This document shows positions 8,172 through 17,235 of a stretch of 19,010 nt of DNA, in pieces (position 1 is the stretch's first letter; each line of letters begins with the position of its first letter). Made by a program: the position numbers and the translations under genes. Location: assembly GCA_038247415.1 (NCBI GenBank), contig JBBRUX010000061.1, positions 1-19,010 of the forward strand. Direction: 5' to 3'. This DNA is from Chitinivibrionales bacterium (GTDB lineage: Bacteria; Fibrobacterota; Chitinivibrionia; Chitinivibrionales; WJKA01). The notes beneath the pieces were generated by a model, which was not told the DNA's origin, did no database searches, and saw only the letters and a list, made by a program, of their open reading frames with translations.

Positions 8172-8510
8172 TCAATGGTCGCAACTGTTTCCTCCGGTAA
8201 TAAGAGTGCCCTTAAGCCAATCAAGAATCACGGTCTGCGGATGCTCTGGTGGCGCACCTACCACCACCTGGATGTTGTTCTGAGCAAAGAGCTGTTGCGC
8301 TCGCATACCCATACCGCCAGCTATAATAACGTTAGCGCCTTTTTCGTGCAGCCATTTTGGCAACAGCCCCGGCTCATGAGGCGGTGGAACTACCTCTTCT
8401 TTAGCGGTGATTGATTTTGTTTGTTCGTCAACGGTTGCGATGACGAATTTTTCACAATGACCGAAATGCATGCAGAGTTTACCATCTGCGGTTGGAACGG
8501 CAATTTTCAT
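8172..8510 (-). CDS. NifB/NifX (MTH1175-like) FeMo-cofactor-binding family protein, HFGHC/CDH type
   Basis: MKIAVP..HFGHCEKF, PHEPGLLPKWL, IAGGMG, C-terminal NSCDH. Confidence 0.9.
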   Translation of the reverse strand: MKIAVPTADGKLCMHFGHCEKFVIATVDEQTKSITAKEEVVPPPHEPGLLPKWLHEKGANVIIAGGMGMRAQQLFAQNNIQVVVGAPPEHPQTVILDWLKGTLITGGNSCDH

Positions 8511-8563
8511 ATGACCCCCATGGTTTGATTGTTGTTGATGTGTTCGATTCGAACAGGTCCAGT

Positions 8564-8923
8564 TTACCAATGTCCTTCGACATCAGACGACTCAAGTTTT
8601 GCAAGCTTTCCATTCTTGAATAAATCGACAGCATCCTGCACGGTTACGTTTGACGCGGTGCAAACAGCGACTCCCGCCTTATTGAGAGCTGTAAACGCCT
8701 TGGGGCCGCAATGTCCGCTAATAAGAACCTCACAACCGGCATTGACCACATTGGCGGCAGATTGAATACCTGCGCCTTGTGCAGCGTTCAGGTTCTGGTT
8801 ATTGTCGATAGATTCCCAGCTCATAGTTACATCGTCGTAAATCATGAAATATTTTGCTCTGCCAAACCGCGGGTCTATCGCGCTATCCGATTTTGGTTGT
8901 TCTGATGATATTGCAATTTTCAT
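8564..8923 (-). CDS. NifB/NifX family protein, orange protein (ORP)-like
   Basis: MKIAIS, DPRFGRAKYF, QGAGIQSA, GHCGPKAF; SD AGGAGA. Confidence 0.9.
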   Translation of the reverse strand: MKIAISSEQPKSDSAIDPRFGRAKYFMIYDDVTMSWESIDNNQNLNAAQGAGIQSAANVVNAGCEVLISGHCGPKAFTALNKAGVAVCTASNVTVQDAVDLFKNGKLAKLESSDVEGHW

Positions 8924-8973
8924 AGCAGTTTCTCCTTTGTTATATAGTTCAATTTTAGTGTGCGCTTGCAGAT

Positions 8974-9360
8974 CTATCGCATTCCACATTGCCCTCCATG
9001 ATGTCGGTTCCGTATATTTTTCCTGCACATCATTCGACCACAGCCGGGCATTGAAAATGCCTCGATCACGTTGATGTTGTTCTGATATGCAACAATCACT
9101 TCGTCAACGCTTCCGCGAATCCACGAAAGTACCTTGATGCTCTTATCCTGCAAAATTGCGCTACCGACATTCGATATTGCGCCGCATATAAGAACTGTCA
9201 CGCCATCGTTCAAACACGCCTCGGCCTTGTCAAACAGTGACATGTTCCGAACATCCACGGCTTTACGCCTACCATCGGGCCTTATTATCAAAAGACAACA
9301 CGATGCGTCGTAAAGTGGCGAAACGATATCGTTCCAGTTTGTTATTGCAATTGTTTCCAT
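8974..9360 (-). CDS. Divergent NifB/NifX family protein
   Basis: IAI..VSPLYD, GVTVLICGAIS, MPGC plus basic tail; ATG 9360 lies just downstream of a sigma54 promoter. Confidence 0.8.
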   Translation of the reverse strand: METIAITNWNDIVSPLYDASCCLLIIRPDGRRKAVDVRNMSLFDKAEACLNDGVTVLICGAISNVGSAILQDKSIKVLSWIRGSVDEVIVAYQNNINVIEAFSMPGCGRMMCRKNIRNRHHGGQCGMR

Positions 9361-9374
9361 TACAGAGAGCCTAT

Positions 9375-9390
9375 AGCTATTTCCGTGCCT
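9375..9390 (-). promoter_or_regulatory. Sigma54 (-24/-12) promoter for the minus-strand operon
   Basis: Minus strand reads AGGCACGGAAATAGCT, i.e. GG-N10-GC, close to TGGCACG-N4-TTGCW. Confidence 0.7.
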
Positions 9391-9453
9391 GATCGCTAAA
9401 AGGCCCTTTTGAGAAGGGAATTGGGGTTTCTTACTGTTTCCGACTTTTTGCGG

Positions 9454-9493
9454 TCTTTGCATGAATGCAATGTCTGCAAAGATTCATTGCAAA
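9454..9493. promoter_or_regulatory. Palindromic candidate enhancer (bEBP UAS) between the divergent sigma54 promoters
   Basis: TTGCAT-GA-ATGCAA (9457-9470); TCTTTGCA-N13-TGCAAAGA (9454-9482); four TGCA cores within about 35 bp. Confidence 0.5.
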
Positions 9494-9540
9494 ATTCAGC
9501 GTTTAGGTGGGGTTTTTATCGTTTTTAAGCCTAATAACAA

Positions 9541-9556
9541 AGGCATGGCGTTTGCA
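9541..9556 (+). promoter_or_regulatory. Sigma54 (-24/-12) promoter for the mrp operon
   Basis: AGGCATGGCGTTTGCA with GG 9542-9543 and GC 9554-9555, about 55 nt upstream of ATG 9610. Confidence 0.75.
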
Positions 9557-9609
9557 TATTATGTAGACTCACTGTTTTATTACAATAGATATCAAGGAGC
9601 ACAATTTTA

Positions 9610-10407
9610 ATGAGTCACCAAGGCGCAGATGAAAAGCGATTAACAGAAACACTCTCAAGTATCAAGCGCAAATACGTAGTTCTTTCCGGCAAAGGCGGGG
9701 TGGGCAAAAGCACTGTCGCAGTCAACCTTGCCGTTGGACTAGCGCTCAAAGGAAAAAAGACCGGGCTTCTCGACACCGACCTGCACGGACCATCGGTTCC
9801 CAAGATGCTCGGCCTTGAAAACTTTGTGAGTAGCGGAGACGAAACACATCTGGAACCAGCAGTTCGATATGATGGGCTGCTCAAGATCATGTCGGTTCAA
9901 TTTCTGCTTAAGAATCTTCACGACTCGGTAATCTGGCGCGGCCCGCTCAAGCATGCCGTAATCTCTCAGTTTATAGGCCACACAATTTGGGGAGAGATTG
10001 ACTATCTCATAATTGATTCGCCACCGGGAACAGGTGATGAACCTCTCTCGGTTGTCCAAACTGCAAAGCCCGATGCGGCAATCATAGTAACAACCCCGCA
10101 GGATGTGGCGACCTTTGACGTGCGCAAGTCAATCGACTTCTGTAACAAATTGAACCTCCCGGTCATGGGAGTTATTGAAAACATGAGCGGATTTATCTGT
10201 CCTCATTGCAACAAAGAGACAGCGATTTTCAGCACGGGTGGCGGAAAACGGATGGCAGAGGAACTGGGTATCTCCTTTCTGGGAGCGATTCCGATTGATC
10301 CTCAATTCGTTTCTCGTAGTGATCAGGGGAACGCCATGATCGATTTTACTAGTGCAGGCAAAAGTCTTGATGCGATCAAAATGATCATTGAAAAAATTGC
10401 ACAATAA
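9610..10407 (+). CDS. mrp: Mrp/NBP35/ApbC family Fe-S cluster carrier ATPase
   Basis: SGKGGVGKST, DLHGPSVP, WRGP, DSPPGTGD, ENMSGFICPHC; SD AAGGAG. Confidence 0.95.
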   Translation: MSHQGADEKRLTETLSSIKRKYVVLSGKGGVGKSTVAVNLAVGLALKGKKTGLLDTDLHGPSVPKMLGLENFVSSGDETHLEPAVRYDGLLKIMSVQFLLKNLHDSVIWRGPLKHAVISQFIGHTIWGEIDYLIIDSPPGTGDEPLSVVQTAKPDAAIIVTTPQDVATFDVRKSIDFCNKLNLPVMGVIENMSGFICPHCNKETAIFSTGGGKRMAEELGISFLGAIPIDPQFVSRSDQGNAMIDFTSAGKSLDAIKMIIEKIAQ

Positions 10408-10422
10408 ATCAGGAGAATATTC

Positions 10423-10749
10423 ATGAGTCAAGTAATCAATCATGATGAACCGCAAAAGCGTTTTGTCTGCCAGGTTGATGGTTTGGAATGTTCGGTCGAT
10501 TACGAAATTAAGGAAACGGCTCCCGGCATTATTGATATTTACAGAACATTTGTCCATCCCGATTTGCGGGGAAAAGGAATTGCGGAATCCCTGCTCAAGG
10601 AGATTTCAGAATATGCAATCAAACAAGGTTTATCCATTATTCCAAGCTGTTCGTATGCCGTGCTCTATTACCGTAGACATCGCGAGCATGCATCGGTGCT
10701 ATCCAAAGAGGTCAACCTGGAGAACGGCGGGAGCTGCAGGTTGAAATAA
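10423..10749 (+). CDS. Small GNAT family N-acetyltransferase (YjdJ-like)
   Basis: TFVHPDLRGKGIA acetyl-CoA motif and IIPSCSY; SD AGGAG. Confidence 0.88.
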   Translation: MSQVINHDEPQKRFVCQVDGLECSVDYEIKETAPGIIDIYRTFVHPDLRGKGIAESLLKEISEYAIKQGLSIIPSCSYAVLYYRRHREHASVLSKEVNLENGGSCRLK

Positions 10750-10777
10750 GCATTCAACCGTAAAAGGATTTTTTGTT

Positions 10778-11110
10778 ATGAAAAAGGTAGGAATCATTCG
10801 ATGCCAGCAAACGAAAGACATGTGCCCCGGTACAACTGATTTCAAAGTCGCGTCCGAAGGCACTTGTGCGTTTGCAGAAACTGGTCCGGTGCAAATTGTC
10901 GGATTTGTTTCATGTGGGGGGTGTCCGTGTAAAAGAGCTATTCCGAGAACTGCTATGATGGTTGATCGTGGTGCAGAAATTATAATTTTTGCTTCATGTA
11001 TGACAAAAGGTAACCCGATTGGATTTCCCTGTCCTCATATTCAAGCAATCAAAGAAAGTGTGAAAAAACGGATTGGGGATAAGACTGTTATTTTTGAGTG
11101 GACCCACTGA
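10778..11110 (+). CDS. CGGC domain protein
   Basis: KVGIIRC..CPG..F, SCGGCP, ASC, CPH, C-terminal TH. Confidence 0.9.
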   Translation: MKKVGIIRCQQTKDMCPGTTDFKVASEGTCAFAETGPVQIVGFVSCGGCPCKRAIPRTAMMVDRGAEIIIFASCMTKGNPIGFPCPHIQAIKESVKKRIGDKTVIFEWTH

Positions 11111-11150
11111 AAACAAAGCGCATATACACACATTCTTCAAGGAGGTTTAA

Positions 11151-11864
11151 ATGGAACAAACATCTGTCAATCAGCAGACTTCAATGCCACGCATCGGCGA
11201 TAATGCCCCGGCGTTCAAGGCCGTAACCACACAGGGGGAAATCAATTTCCCCGAACAGTACAAAGGAAGCTGGGTAATCCTCTTTAGCCACCCCGCAGAT
11301 TTCACTCCGGTATGCACGTCGGAATTTATGACATTTGCGACTCTCGAAAGCAAATTCGCTGAAGCAAACTGCAAACTGGTCGGGCTTTCGGTTGACGGAC
11401 TGTACAGCCACATTGCCTGGTTGCGCACAATCAAGGAGAAGATCGAATACAAGGGAATGAAAAATGTAGAAGTAAAGTTTCCGCTTATCGAAGACATTAC
11501 TATGGATGTCGCGAGAAAGTACGGTATGATCCAGGGCGAAAGCAATACCAAAGCTGTCCGCGCAGTCTTCGTGATAGATCCCAAAGGCGTAATACGCACG
11601 ATCATCTATTATCCGTTGAGCTTGGGTCGTAATTTCGACGAACTGTATCGTGTGGTCGTTGCGTTGCAGACTGCCGATGCGTTCCAGATCGCCACACCGG
11701 CAGACTGGCAGCCGGGTGATGACGTTATCGTACCGACAGCCGGTTCATGCGGGGTTGCGAAGGAGCGTATGGAAAGCAAGGAAGAGATGAAATGTTATGA
11801 CTGGTTTTTCTGTACGAAGAAACTGGACAAAGAAAAGGTGATGAGCGCGATAACCAAGAAGTAA
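11151..11864 (+). CDS. Peroxiredoxin (Prx6 subfamily)
   Basis: FSHPADFTPVCTSEF, GRNFDE, TPADW, C-terminal CYDWFFC; SD AGGAGG. Confidence 0.95.
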   Translation: MEQTSVNQQTSMPRIGDNAPAFKAVTTQGEINFPEQYKGSWVILFSHPADFTPVCTSEFMTFATLESKFAEANCKLVGLSVDGLYSHIAWLRTIKEKIEYKGMKNVEVKFPLIEDITMDVARKYGMIQGESNTKAVRAVFVIDPKGVIRTIIYYPLSLGRNFDELYRVVVALQTADAFQIATPADWQPGDDVIVPTAGSCGVAKERMESKEEMKCYDWFFCTKKLDKEKVMSAITKK

Positions 11865-11881
11865 ATAATTCTGCTCTATGA

Positions 11882-12538
11882 ATGATGTTGTGTACCAGAA
11901 GTGGAACACAACACCATTCATTATTCGATGACAAAGCCAAAGCCTGGGACACGCAACCAGATCGGGCGCACCGATCGCAGGTCATAGCTGAAGCAATCAG
12001 CAACGCAATTCCTCACGTTCCGTCCCTTACCGCGATGGAGTACGGTTGCGGCACTGGCCTGTTGAGTTTTCCGATTAAAGACCGATTCTCAAAAATCACA
12101 CTGATTGATAATTCACAGGGCATGCTTGACGTTTTGGCAGAGAAGGTCAAGAACGAAAATGTGACGAATATGGATGTTTTTAACATTGACTTATTGGAAT
12201 CTTCCGCTGGCATATCAAGCAAGTTTTCGGTGATTTACAACTCGATGGTGTTGCATCACATTGCCGATATAAAGAAGATTATGTCGATATGGTATTCGCT
12301 ATTGACTGCTCCGGGATATCTTTGCGTTGCCGATCTTGATTCCGATAACGGGTTATTTCATGGCAAAGGTTTTAGTGGACATAACGGATTTGATAGGGCC
12401 GACCTTCAAAAGCTCGCAATCGAAACAGGCTTCGAAAAGATCAAATTCGATACCGTATACGTAATAAAAAAAGCAGGCAATGACGGTGTAGAACGATCGT
12501 TCCCGCTTTTCTTGATGGTGGCACAGAAGTCAGGATGA
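11882..12538 (+). CDS. Class I SAM-dependent methyltransferase
   Basis: FDDKAKAWD, MEYGCGTG, IDNSQGML, SMVLHHI, ADLD, HNGF; start codon uncertain. Confidence 0.88.
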   Translation: MMLCTRSGTQHHSLFDDKAKAWDTQPDRAHRSQVIAEAISNAIPHVPSLTAMEYGCGTGLLSFPIKDRFSKITLIDNSQGMLDVLAEKVKNENVTNMDVFNIDLLESSAGISSKFSVIYNSMVLHHIADIKKIMSIWYSLLTAPGYLCVADLDSDNGLFHGKGFSGHNGFDRADLQKLAIETGFEKIKFDTVYVIKKAGNDGVERSFPLFLMVAQKSG

Positions 12539-12575
12539 TCCTGATGGCGTGAGTGCCATACTTTATCTGGTCGAG

Positions 12576-13298
12576 TCAATGCGGGTTCTTTCCCATTGAC
12601 TTCACTGATGTATCTCCCATCAGAAACGCTTCCGCTTCCCTGCAATCCCGACATTCGCAAAGCCCCTGTTCGCAAAGAACCAGAAACCGGGCACACGTCC
12701 GTGATGCGAATTCGACATCATGCGTGGCAATTAAAATTGAGGATGGAATAGAACGCAGGACATTCGCAAGCGCATTTTTCCCCCGAGGATCCAGCGCCGA
12801 CGATGGTTCATCGAGTAGAATCACTGCAGGACTGGTAACAAGCGCACCGGCCAGTGCAATTCGCTGACGTTGACCATGAGACAGTTGGAATGGGGAGCAT
12901 TCTGCCAGGCCTTTTGCCCCTAACATATCGAGTGTGGCAATGGATTTTTCGTGCGCTTCTTGCAGAGGTACACCTTTTCGAATAAGACCATAAGCTACAT
13001 CGTCAAGAACACGGGGAAAGAGAATTTGATCTTCGGGAATATTGAACAGAAATCCAGTGCGGTCACGCGCTTTCTGCAAGGTCTTTTTTTCAACAGGAAT
13101 TTCATCAATAAAAATGTTGCCGGTAAACGGCACTAATCCGACTGCCGCAAGCAGCAAGGTCGTTTTTCCCGATCCGTTAAGACCGAATAGCGCGACTCTT
13201 TCGTCGGGATGAACATGGAATGACACGTCGCTGACCGTGTCGACCACGCTTCCGGCATACCGGATAGTCACGGATTTGAATTGAAGTACAGGGTTCAT
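12576..13298 (-). CDS. ECF transporter ATPase (CbiO/NikO/EcfA)
   Basis: Walker A GLNGSGKT, LSHGQRQR signature, LLDEPSSALD, ATHD. Confidence 0.92.
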   Translation of the reverse strand: MNPVLQFKSVTIRYAGSVVDTVSDVSFHVHPDERVALFGLNGSGKTTLLLAAVGLVPFTGNIFIDEIPVEKKTLQKARDRTGFLFNIPEDQILFPRVLDDVAYGLIRKGVPLQEAHEKSIATLDMLGAKGLAECSPFQLSHGQRQRIALAGALVTSPAVILLDEPSSALDPRGKNALANVLRSIPSSILIATHDVEFASRTCARFLVLCEQGLCECRDCREAEAFLMGDTSVKSMGKNPH

Positions 13299-14044
13299 AA
13301 AAATGCTTTCACTCGCAATGTAACTGAAATCACGAAGGCTAAAGTTGCAGCAGACAGCATCGTCATATCTTGAAATGTCAATTTGATACGATCATCCTTA
13401 ACTGCAGTCTCGATTCCATATCCTCGAACCGCCATTGCCGCAGCGCTTCGCTCTGCACGAAACAGCATCCGAACCATCCAGACGATTGGGAATGCAAAAA
13501 GCACACTGCTACCGCGAACCCCCGATGCACCCCGCAATCGTAGTACACCAACAATTCGTGTCGTTTCTTCCGCTAAGAGCATTGTTTGATTAATAAGCTG
13601 AACGATCAGCGCGACAATTGATCGGGGAATCGGCAGACAAACAAGCCCGCGATGAAGATCATGCATGGTAAGGGATGCTATCGTTGACGCAGCAATAAAG
13701 AACATACAGGTGCTGCGCAAGGCGATACCACTTGACAAAGCAAAACGCTCTGCCATCGGTGATGAGGAATACTCATCGACCGTCATCCAGGGGCTGAGAA
13801 GAAGAAACGGACAAAACAAAACGATCGATGCAATCGCGCCGCGTAGGAGCATTTTTTCCGGCATTGACGCAAGCAGTATCCAGCAAAAGGCAGTACTGAT
13901 CATGAAGATCATTTGTCCCATCGATTGCAGAGGCATCAGCAAACAAGAACTGCCCACAAGTACACCCGCTAAAATGCGAGTTTGCGGGTGCACCGATTTT
14001 AAAGGCCCGTTTCCGCATCCCCAGAAGGCAAAGATATCTTTCAT
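13295..14044 (-). CDS. ECF transporter T component (CbiQ/NikQ/EcfT)
   Basis: HPQTRI start, TM helices, coupling motifs LRG and AMAVRGY. Confidence 0.85.
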   Translation of the reverse strand: MKDIFAFWGCGNGPLKSVHPQTRILAGVLVGSSCLLMPLQSMGQMIFMISTAFCWILLASMPEKMLLRGAIASIVLFCPFLLLSPWMTVDEYSSSPMAERFALSSGIALRSTCMFFIAASTIASLTMHDLHRGLVCLPIPRSIVALIVQLINQTMLLAEETTRIVGVLRLRGASGVRGSSVLFAFPIVWMVRMLFRAERSAAAMAVRGYGIETAVKDDRIKLTFQDMTMLSAATLAFVISVTLRVKAFL

Positions 14045-14046
14045 GA

Positions 14047-14661
14047 TCAACCCTTACGCACAGTTACTAAATATCCACCATCATCATCACGCATTTCTTC
14101 TATGACGTATCCCATTTGCTCAAGCAGCGATGCAGTCTGATCTGCGGGGGCCAGAAGATGATCGTTCACCGCTGCCGATGCTTCGGAATGAATCTTGTTT
14201 ACGGCATTGCGGGAAATCGTGTGCCATATATGAAGCTTGCCTCCCGGCTTGAGCCATTTCAGGAATAAGGTCCCAACCAGCTTAGCATCTGTCAAATGAG
14301 GCCAGACAGAATAACAGATAATCCGGTCAAATGTTTTAGGGGGAGATTCCATATCTTCCACGACACCACACAACCAAGTAACTCGTGCATCGTTTGCTTT
14401 TAATCGTGCCCTATCGAGCATGACATTCGACAGATCGATTGCGGTCACTTTTCCTTTGGGTGACAAGTGGCGAATGAGCGCCGCAGTGAGATTGCCAGTG
14501 CCGCAACCTACATCAAGAATGTGTTCATCGCCTTGAACACCGAATTTCTCCAGTGCTGAATCGAGCTGAATACCGAGTCCTTTCAGGTCGTGAAAAGAAT
14601 CCCATTTAAGAGCCAATGAGTCAAAAAAAGTATTGGATGTTGATTGACAACTTTCACACAT
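14047..14661 (-). CDS. Class I SAM-dependent methyltransferase embedded in the ECF operon
   Basis: FFDSLALKWD, ILDVGCGTG, FDRIICYSVWPH, LKPGG; ATG 14661 with SD AGGAG. Confidence 0.9.
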   Translation of the reverse strand: MCESCQSTSNTFFDSLALKWDSFHDLKGLGIQLDSALEKFGVQGDEHILDVGCGTGNLTAALIRHLSPKGKVTAIDLSNVMLDRARLKANDARVTWLCGVVEDMESPPKTFDRIICYSVWPHLTDAKLVGTLFLKWLKPGGKLHIWHTISRNAVNKIHSEASAAVNDHLLAPADQTASLLEQMGYVIEEMRDDDGGYLVTVRKG

Positions 14662-15187
14662 TTTTATACTCCTGAATTGAATTTTTAATTCCTGCCACAC
14701 CAGAAAGCTTCACAATTGCGGGAATAGCCACGATCATTAGAATGATACCAGGCCAACCGCTAAGTAGTGATGCAGCGGCAACGAATTTGGCAGGTAGTTT
14801 CATAAAAAGCGCCATCAGATACACAAGCCCAACGCCGATGGCCCGGCCAAGTAGCAGAACTGGAATAAGAATGAGCAGTTCATTTGCTTTTGGAAAGATT
14901 CTTCGCAACAGACCAATCATTGCACACATTATCGACAACTCAATGCTCATGATGAACGCAACTGGCGGATAAAATGGCGGCATACCGGTTATTGCACCAG
15001 AGATAAGGGGCAGCAGCAGTGCAGTGAGTGCCGAAGGGATCGGGCCGACAAAAAAAGCGAGTGTCACAATCGGCAGATACATCGGCATGAATATAGAGCC
15101 GAGATGAAAAACATGAAAGATAACCGGCAGCAGCATTGCCGCAGCGCCGAAAACTGCACAGTACGCGATATCACGAGGTTTGAGCAT
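14654..15187 (-). CDS. ECF transporter S component (not NikM/CbiM type)
   Basis: 177-aa, about 6 TM protein with LPVIFH, FMPMYLP, GMPP and PGIIL motifs; sits with T and A genes. Confidence 0.82.
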   Translation of the reverse strand: MLKPRDIAYCAVFGAAAMLLPVIFHVFHLGSIFMPMYLPIVTLAFFVGPIPSALTALLLPLISGAITGMPPFYPPVAFIMSIELSIMCAMIGLLRRIFPKANELLILIPVLLLGRAIGVGLVYLMALFMKLPAKFVAAASLLSGWPGIILMIVAIPAIVKLSGVAGIKNSIQEYKNV

Positions 15188-15189
15188 GG

Positions 15190-17235
15190 TTACACCTTTA
15201 TGGTTATTCCTGCGAGAAAATTTATGCCGGGCATCGGGTAGTATTGGATATACTGATATTGTGAATTCATTAAATTCCGAACAACACAATATGGTTCAAG
15301 TTGCACTCCGCCTTTTCCGTGTGTACGATATCTTATAGACCCATCAATAAAAAAAACATTCTCAAGTGGATCACGTTTGTAGTTATTCATATATAATCCA
15401 TGAACCCATTCACCGGTTGCCGATAATTCCAATTTACCTGTTTTGCTTTCGCATGTGTAGCTGATCCGACCATTGACCTTGGCATCGGGGTTCTGTTTTG
15501 TAAATTTACCGACATCCTGCCAACTTGCAGTAATAAACGCTCCGAATGGCCCGATATGCTCCATCGAAAACTCACCTTCAATGCCTTGGATTTCAAGTTG
15601 GTCAATGTTCACAACTTCGGCACTTGGCCAGACGCCGAAATACTTGATCATATCGGTTGCCCAGGTTTTGTATACTGAGCCACTCAACCGGGCAGTTCCT
15701 GATTTTACCTCTGCGCCAGCATCCCAATTGATAGCGATTTCCGGGCGAAGGTTCGGATTTGCAACGGGAAATGGTAGATAGAGTTCACGAAGGGTGGGTT
15801 GCCTGAAATTCTTTGTCAACCGAGTATGCAGGGAAAAATATTCTATGGGATCCCAATTCAGACCTGCTTTGTACAGGGGAATGGTTCCATATCTGTTGCT
15901 GAAATGAAGTCGCCCCCCACAAACGCCGGTGAATGCCATGCCTGGCTTTATGGTGATTTGCCCATATAAACCAGCGTTTGAAAGGTCTTCAACAGGTGAT
16001 TCGATACCAGTAATTCTGTTAAGTACAAGTCCGTCAACATATTCGCCTGCTGTACCCAGAATGATTTGCAGTTTCTGCTCGATAAAACTGCCTGAACACT
16101 CCGCAGTCGCTCCCGTGGTGTAATCACGCGAAAAGAAGCCGTCATATAGCCGATGCTCGCCGATATTGAGCCATGGCACAACGGTTAAATGCAGGTGACT
16201 GCCTGGATAGTCAAGCCTCGCGCTAAAGCTGTTCCGAAGCACGTCAAACCGATGATCGGTGTAGGGGTGAAAATATGGCCCAGGATCTCCACCTTCGAGG
16301 TGAATAATCTTATCACGAAGCGCAATGGTACTTTGTCCAGGCAGATGCAGACGCAACCCTATTTGTCCGGCTACACTGCTTCCATCGGTACCATCACGAT
16401 GGCCATCGGTTGCAAACGCGGAGAAAGCGGAAACGACTTCTGTATTTTTGCCCTTGGAAAGTAATGTGGCGCGTTCACGAAAGGTGTTAAACGATCCGTA
16501 CGCGGCATCGTTCTCAAGTCGAATTCCAGCCGAATCAGGCCAACGGTTTTCGACAATAATAACTCCGCCCATAGCATTGGTGCCATACAACACCCCATCG
16601 CCGCCTTTGACCACAATCATTCGGTCAATTAACGATGGGAAAAAAGCATCGGGAATCGGATGTCCGAAAATGCCTTGATAATCGGGAGCGCCATCTTCCA
16701 CAACAAGTATTTGCGAATTGGGACTGCCGCCTAATCCACGGATGTAAATGCCGCCCGATGCGCCCGAAGATACGCCATGCAACCCGGTGCCTTTGCTTGT
16801 CACATAGATATCGCCCGATTCCTGGGAGATCTCCTCAAGCGGTGTCGCTCTTGAAGACTCGCGAATTTGCCAACCTCGTACAATTGTTGGTTTGACGGAT
16901 TCATCCTTGCCTGTATACCGTTTCCCAAAAACCGTAAACGTGTAGAGTTCGGGAATATCTGCAGTATCATTCGCAGAAAGCGCGATTGAATCGTGAATCG
17001 GTTTATTTGTATCGATGACTGGTGCTGATTTTGCTTGGAGTAAAAGGGTGGAATCTTTTACCCATACGGTATCATCAATCCAGATTGTATCGACTCGTTC
17101 GATAGTGTTTGGAGGCACGCTATCGAGGCTGGGCATTGTCATGGATGTGGTACCAGCTTGGACACCGGACATCAACAATAAAAACCATACAACCATAATC
17201 AGAAATGGTTTTGCCAGGTGCTTTTCAATGCCCAT
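15190..17235 (-). CDS. TonB-dependent receptor
   Basis: Signal peptide; plug motifs IRGLGG, DG.P, VVKGGDGVLYGTNAMGGVI; barrel motifs FRQPTLRELY, NPNLRPE, RNL, PGINF. Confidence 0.95.
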   Translation of the reverse strand: MGIEKHLAKPFLIMVVWFLLLMSGVQAGTTSMTMPSLDSVPPNTIERVDTIWIDDTVWVKDSTLLLQAKSAPVIDTNKPIHDSIALSANDTADIPELYTFTVFGKRYTGKDESVKPTIVRGWQIRESSRATPLEEISQESGDIYVTSKGTGLHGVSSGASGGIYIRGLGGSPNSQILVVEDGAPDYQGIFGHPIPDAFFPSLIDRMIVVKGGDGVLYGTNAMGGVIIVENRWPDSAGIRLENDAAYGSFNTFRERATLLSKGKNTEVVSAFSAFATDGHRDGTDGSSVAGQIGLRLHLPGQSTIALRDKIIHLEGGDPGPYFHPYTDHRFDVLRNSFSARLDYPGSHLHLTVVPWLNIGEHRLYDGFFSRDYTTGATAECSGSFIEQKLQIILGTAGEYVDGLVLNRITGIESPVEDLSNAGLYGQITIKPGMAFTGVCGGRLHFSNRYGTIPLYKAGLNWDPIEYFSLHTRLTKNFRQPTLRELYLPFPVANPNLRPEIAINWDAGAEVKSGTARLSGSVYKTWATDMIKYFGVWPSAEVVNIDQLEIQGIEGEFSMEHIGPFGAFITASWQDVGKFTKQNPDAKVNGRISYTCESKTGKLELSATGEWVHGLYMNNYKRDPLENVFFIDGSIRYRTHGKGGVQLEPYCVVRNLMNSQYQYIQYYPMPGINFLAGITIKV

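Noticed and set aside
8172..9360. Nitrogen fixation genes
   Set aside because: NifB/NifX-like domains only; no nifHDK or radical-SAM NifB, and this family is common in non-diazotrophs.
9361..9462. N-terminal extension of ORF 8974..9462
   Set aside because: It spans the sigma54 promoter; the family-like sequence begins at Met 9360.
11878..11930. Possible frameshift at the methyltransferase N-terminus (GTG-EHNTIHY in another frame)
   Set aside because: The annotated frame is already open and neither start has a clear SD; cannot be decided.
12530..12565. Two small hairpins between convergent operons as a bidirectional terminator
   Set aside because: Stems of only 6 bp and no good U-tract.
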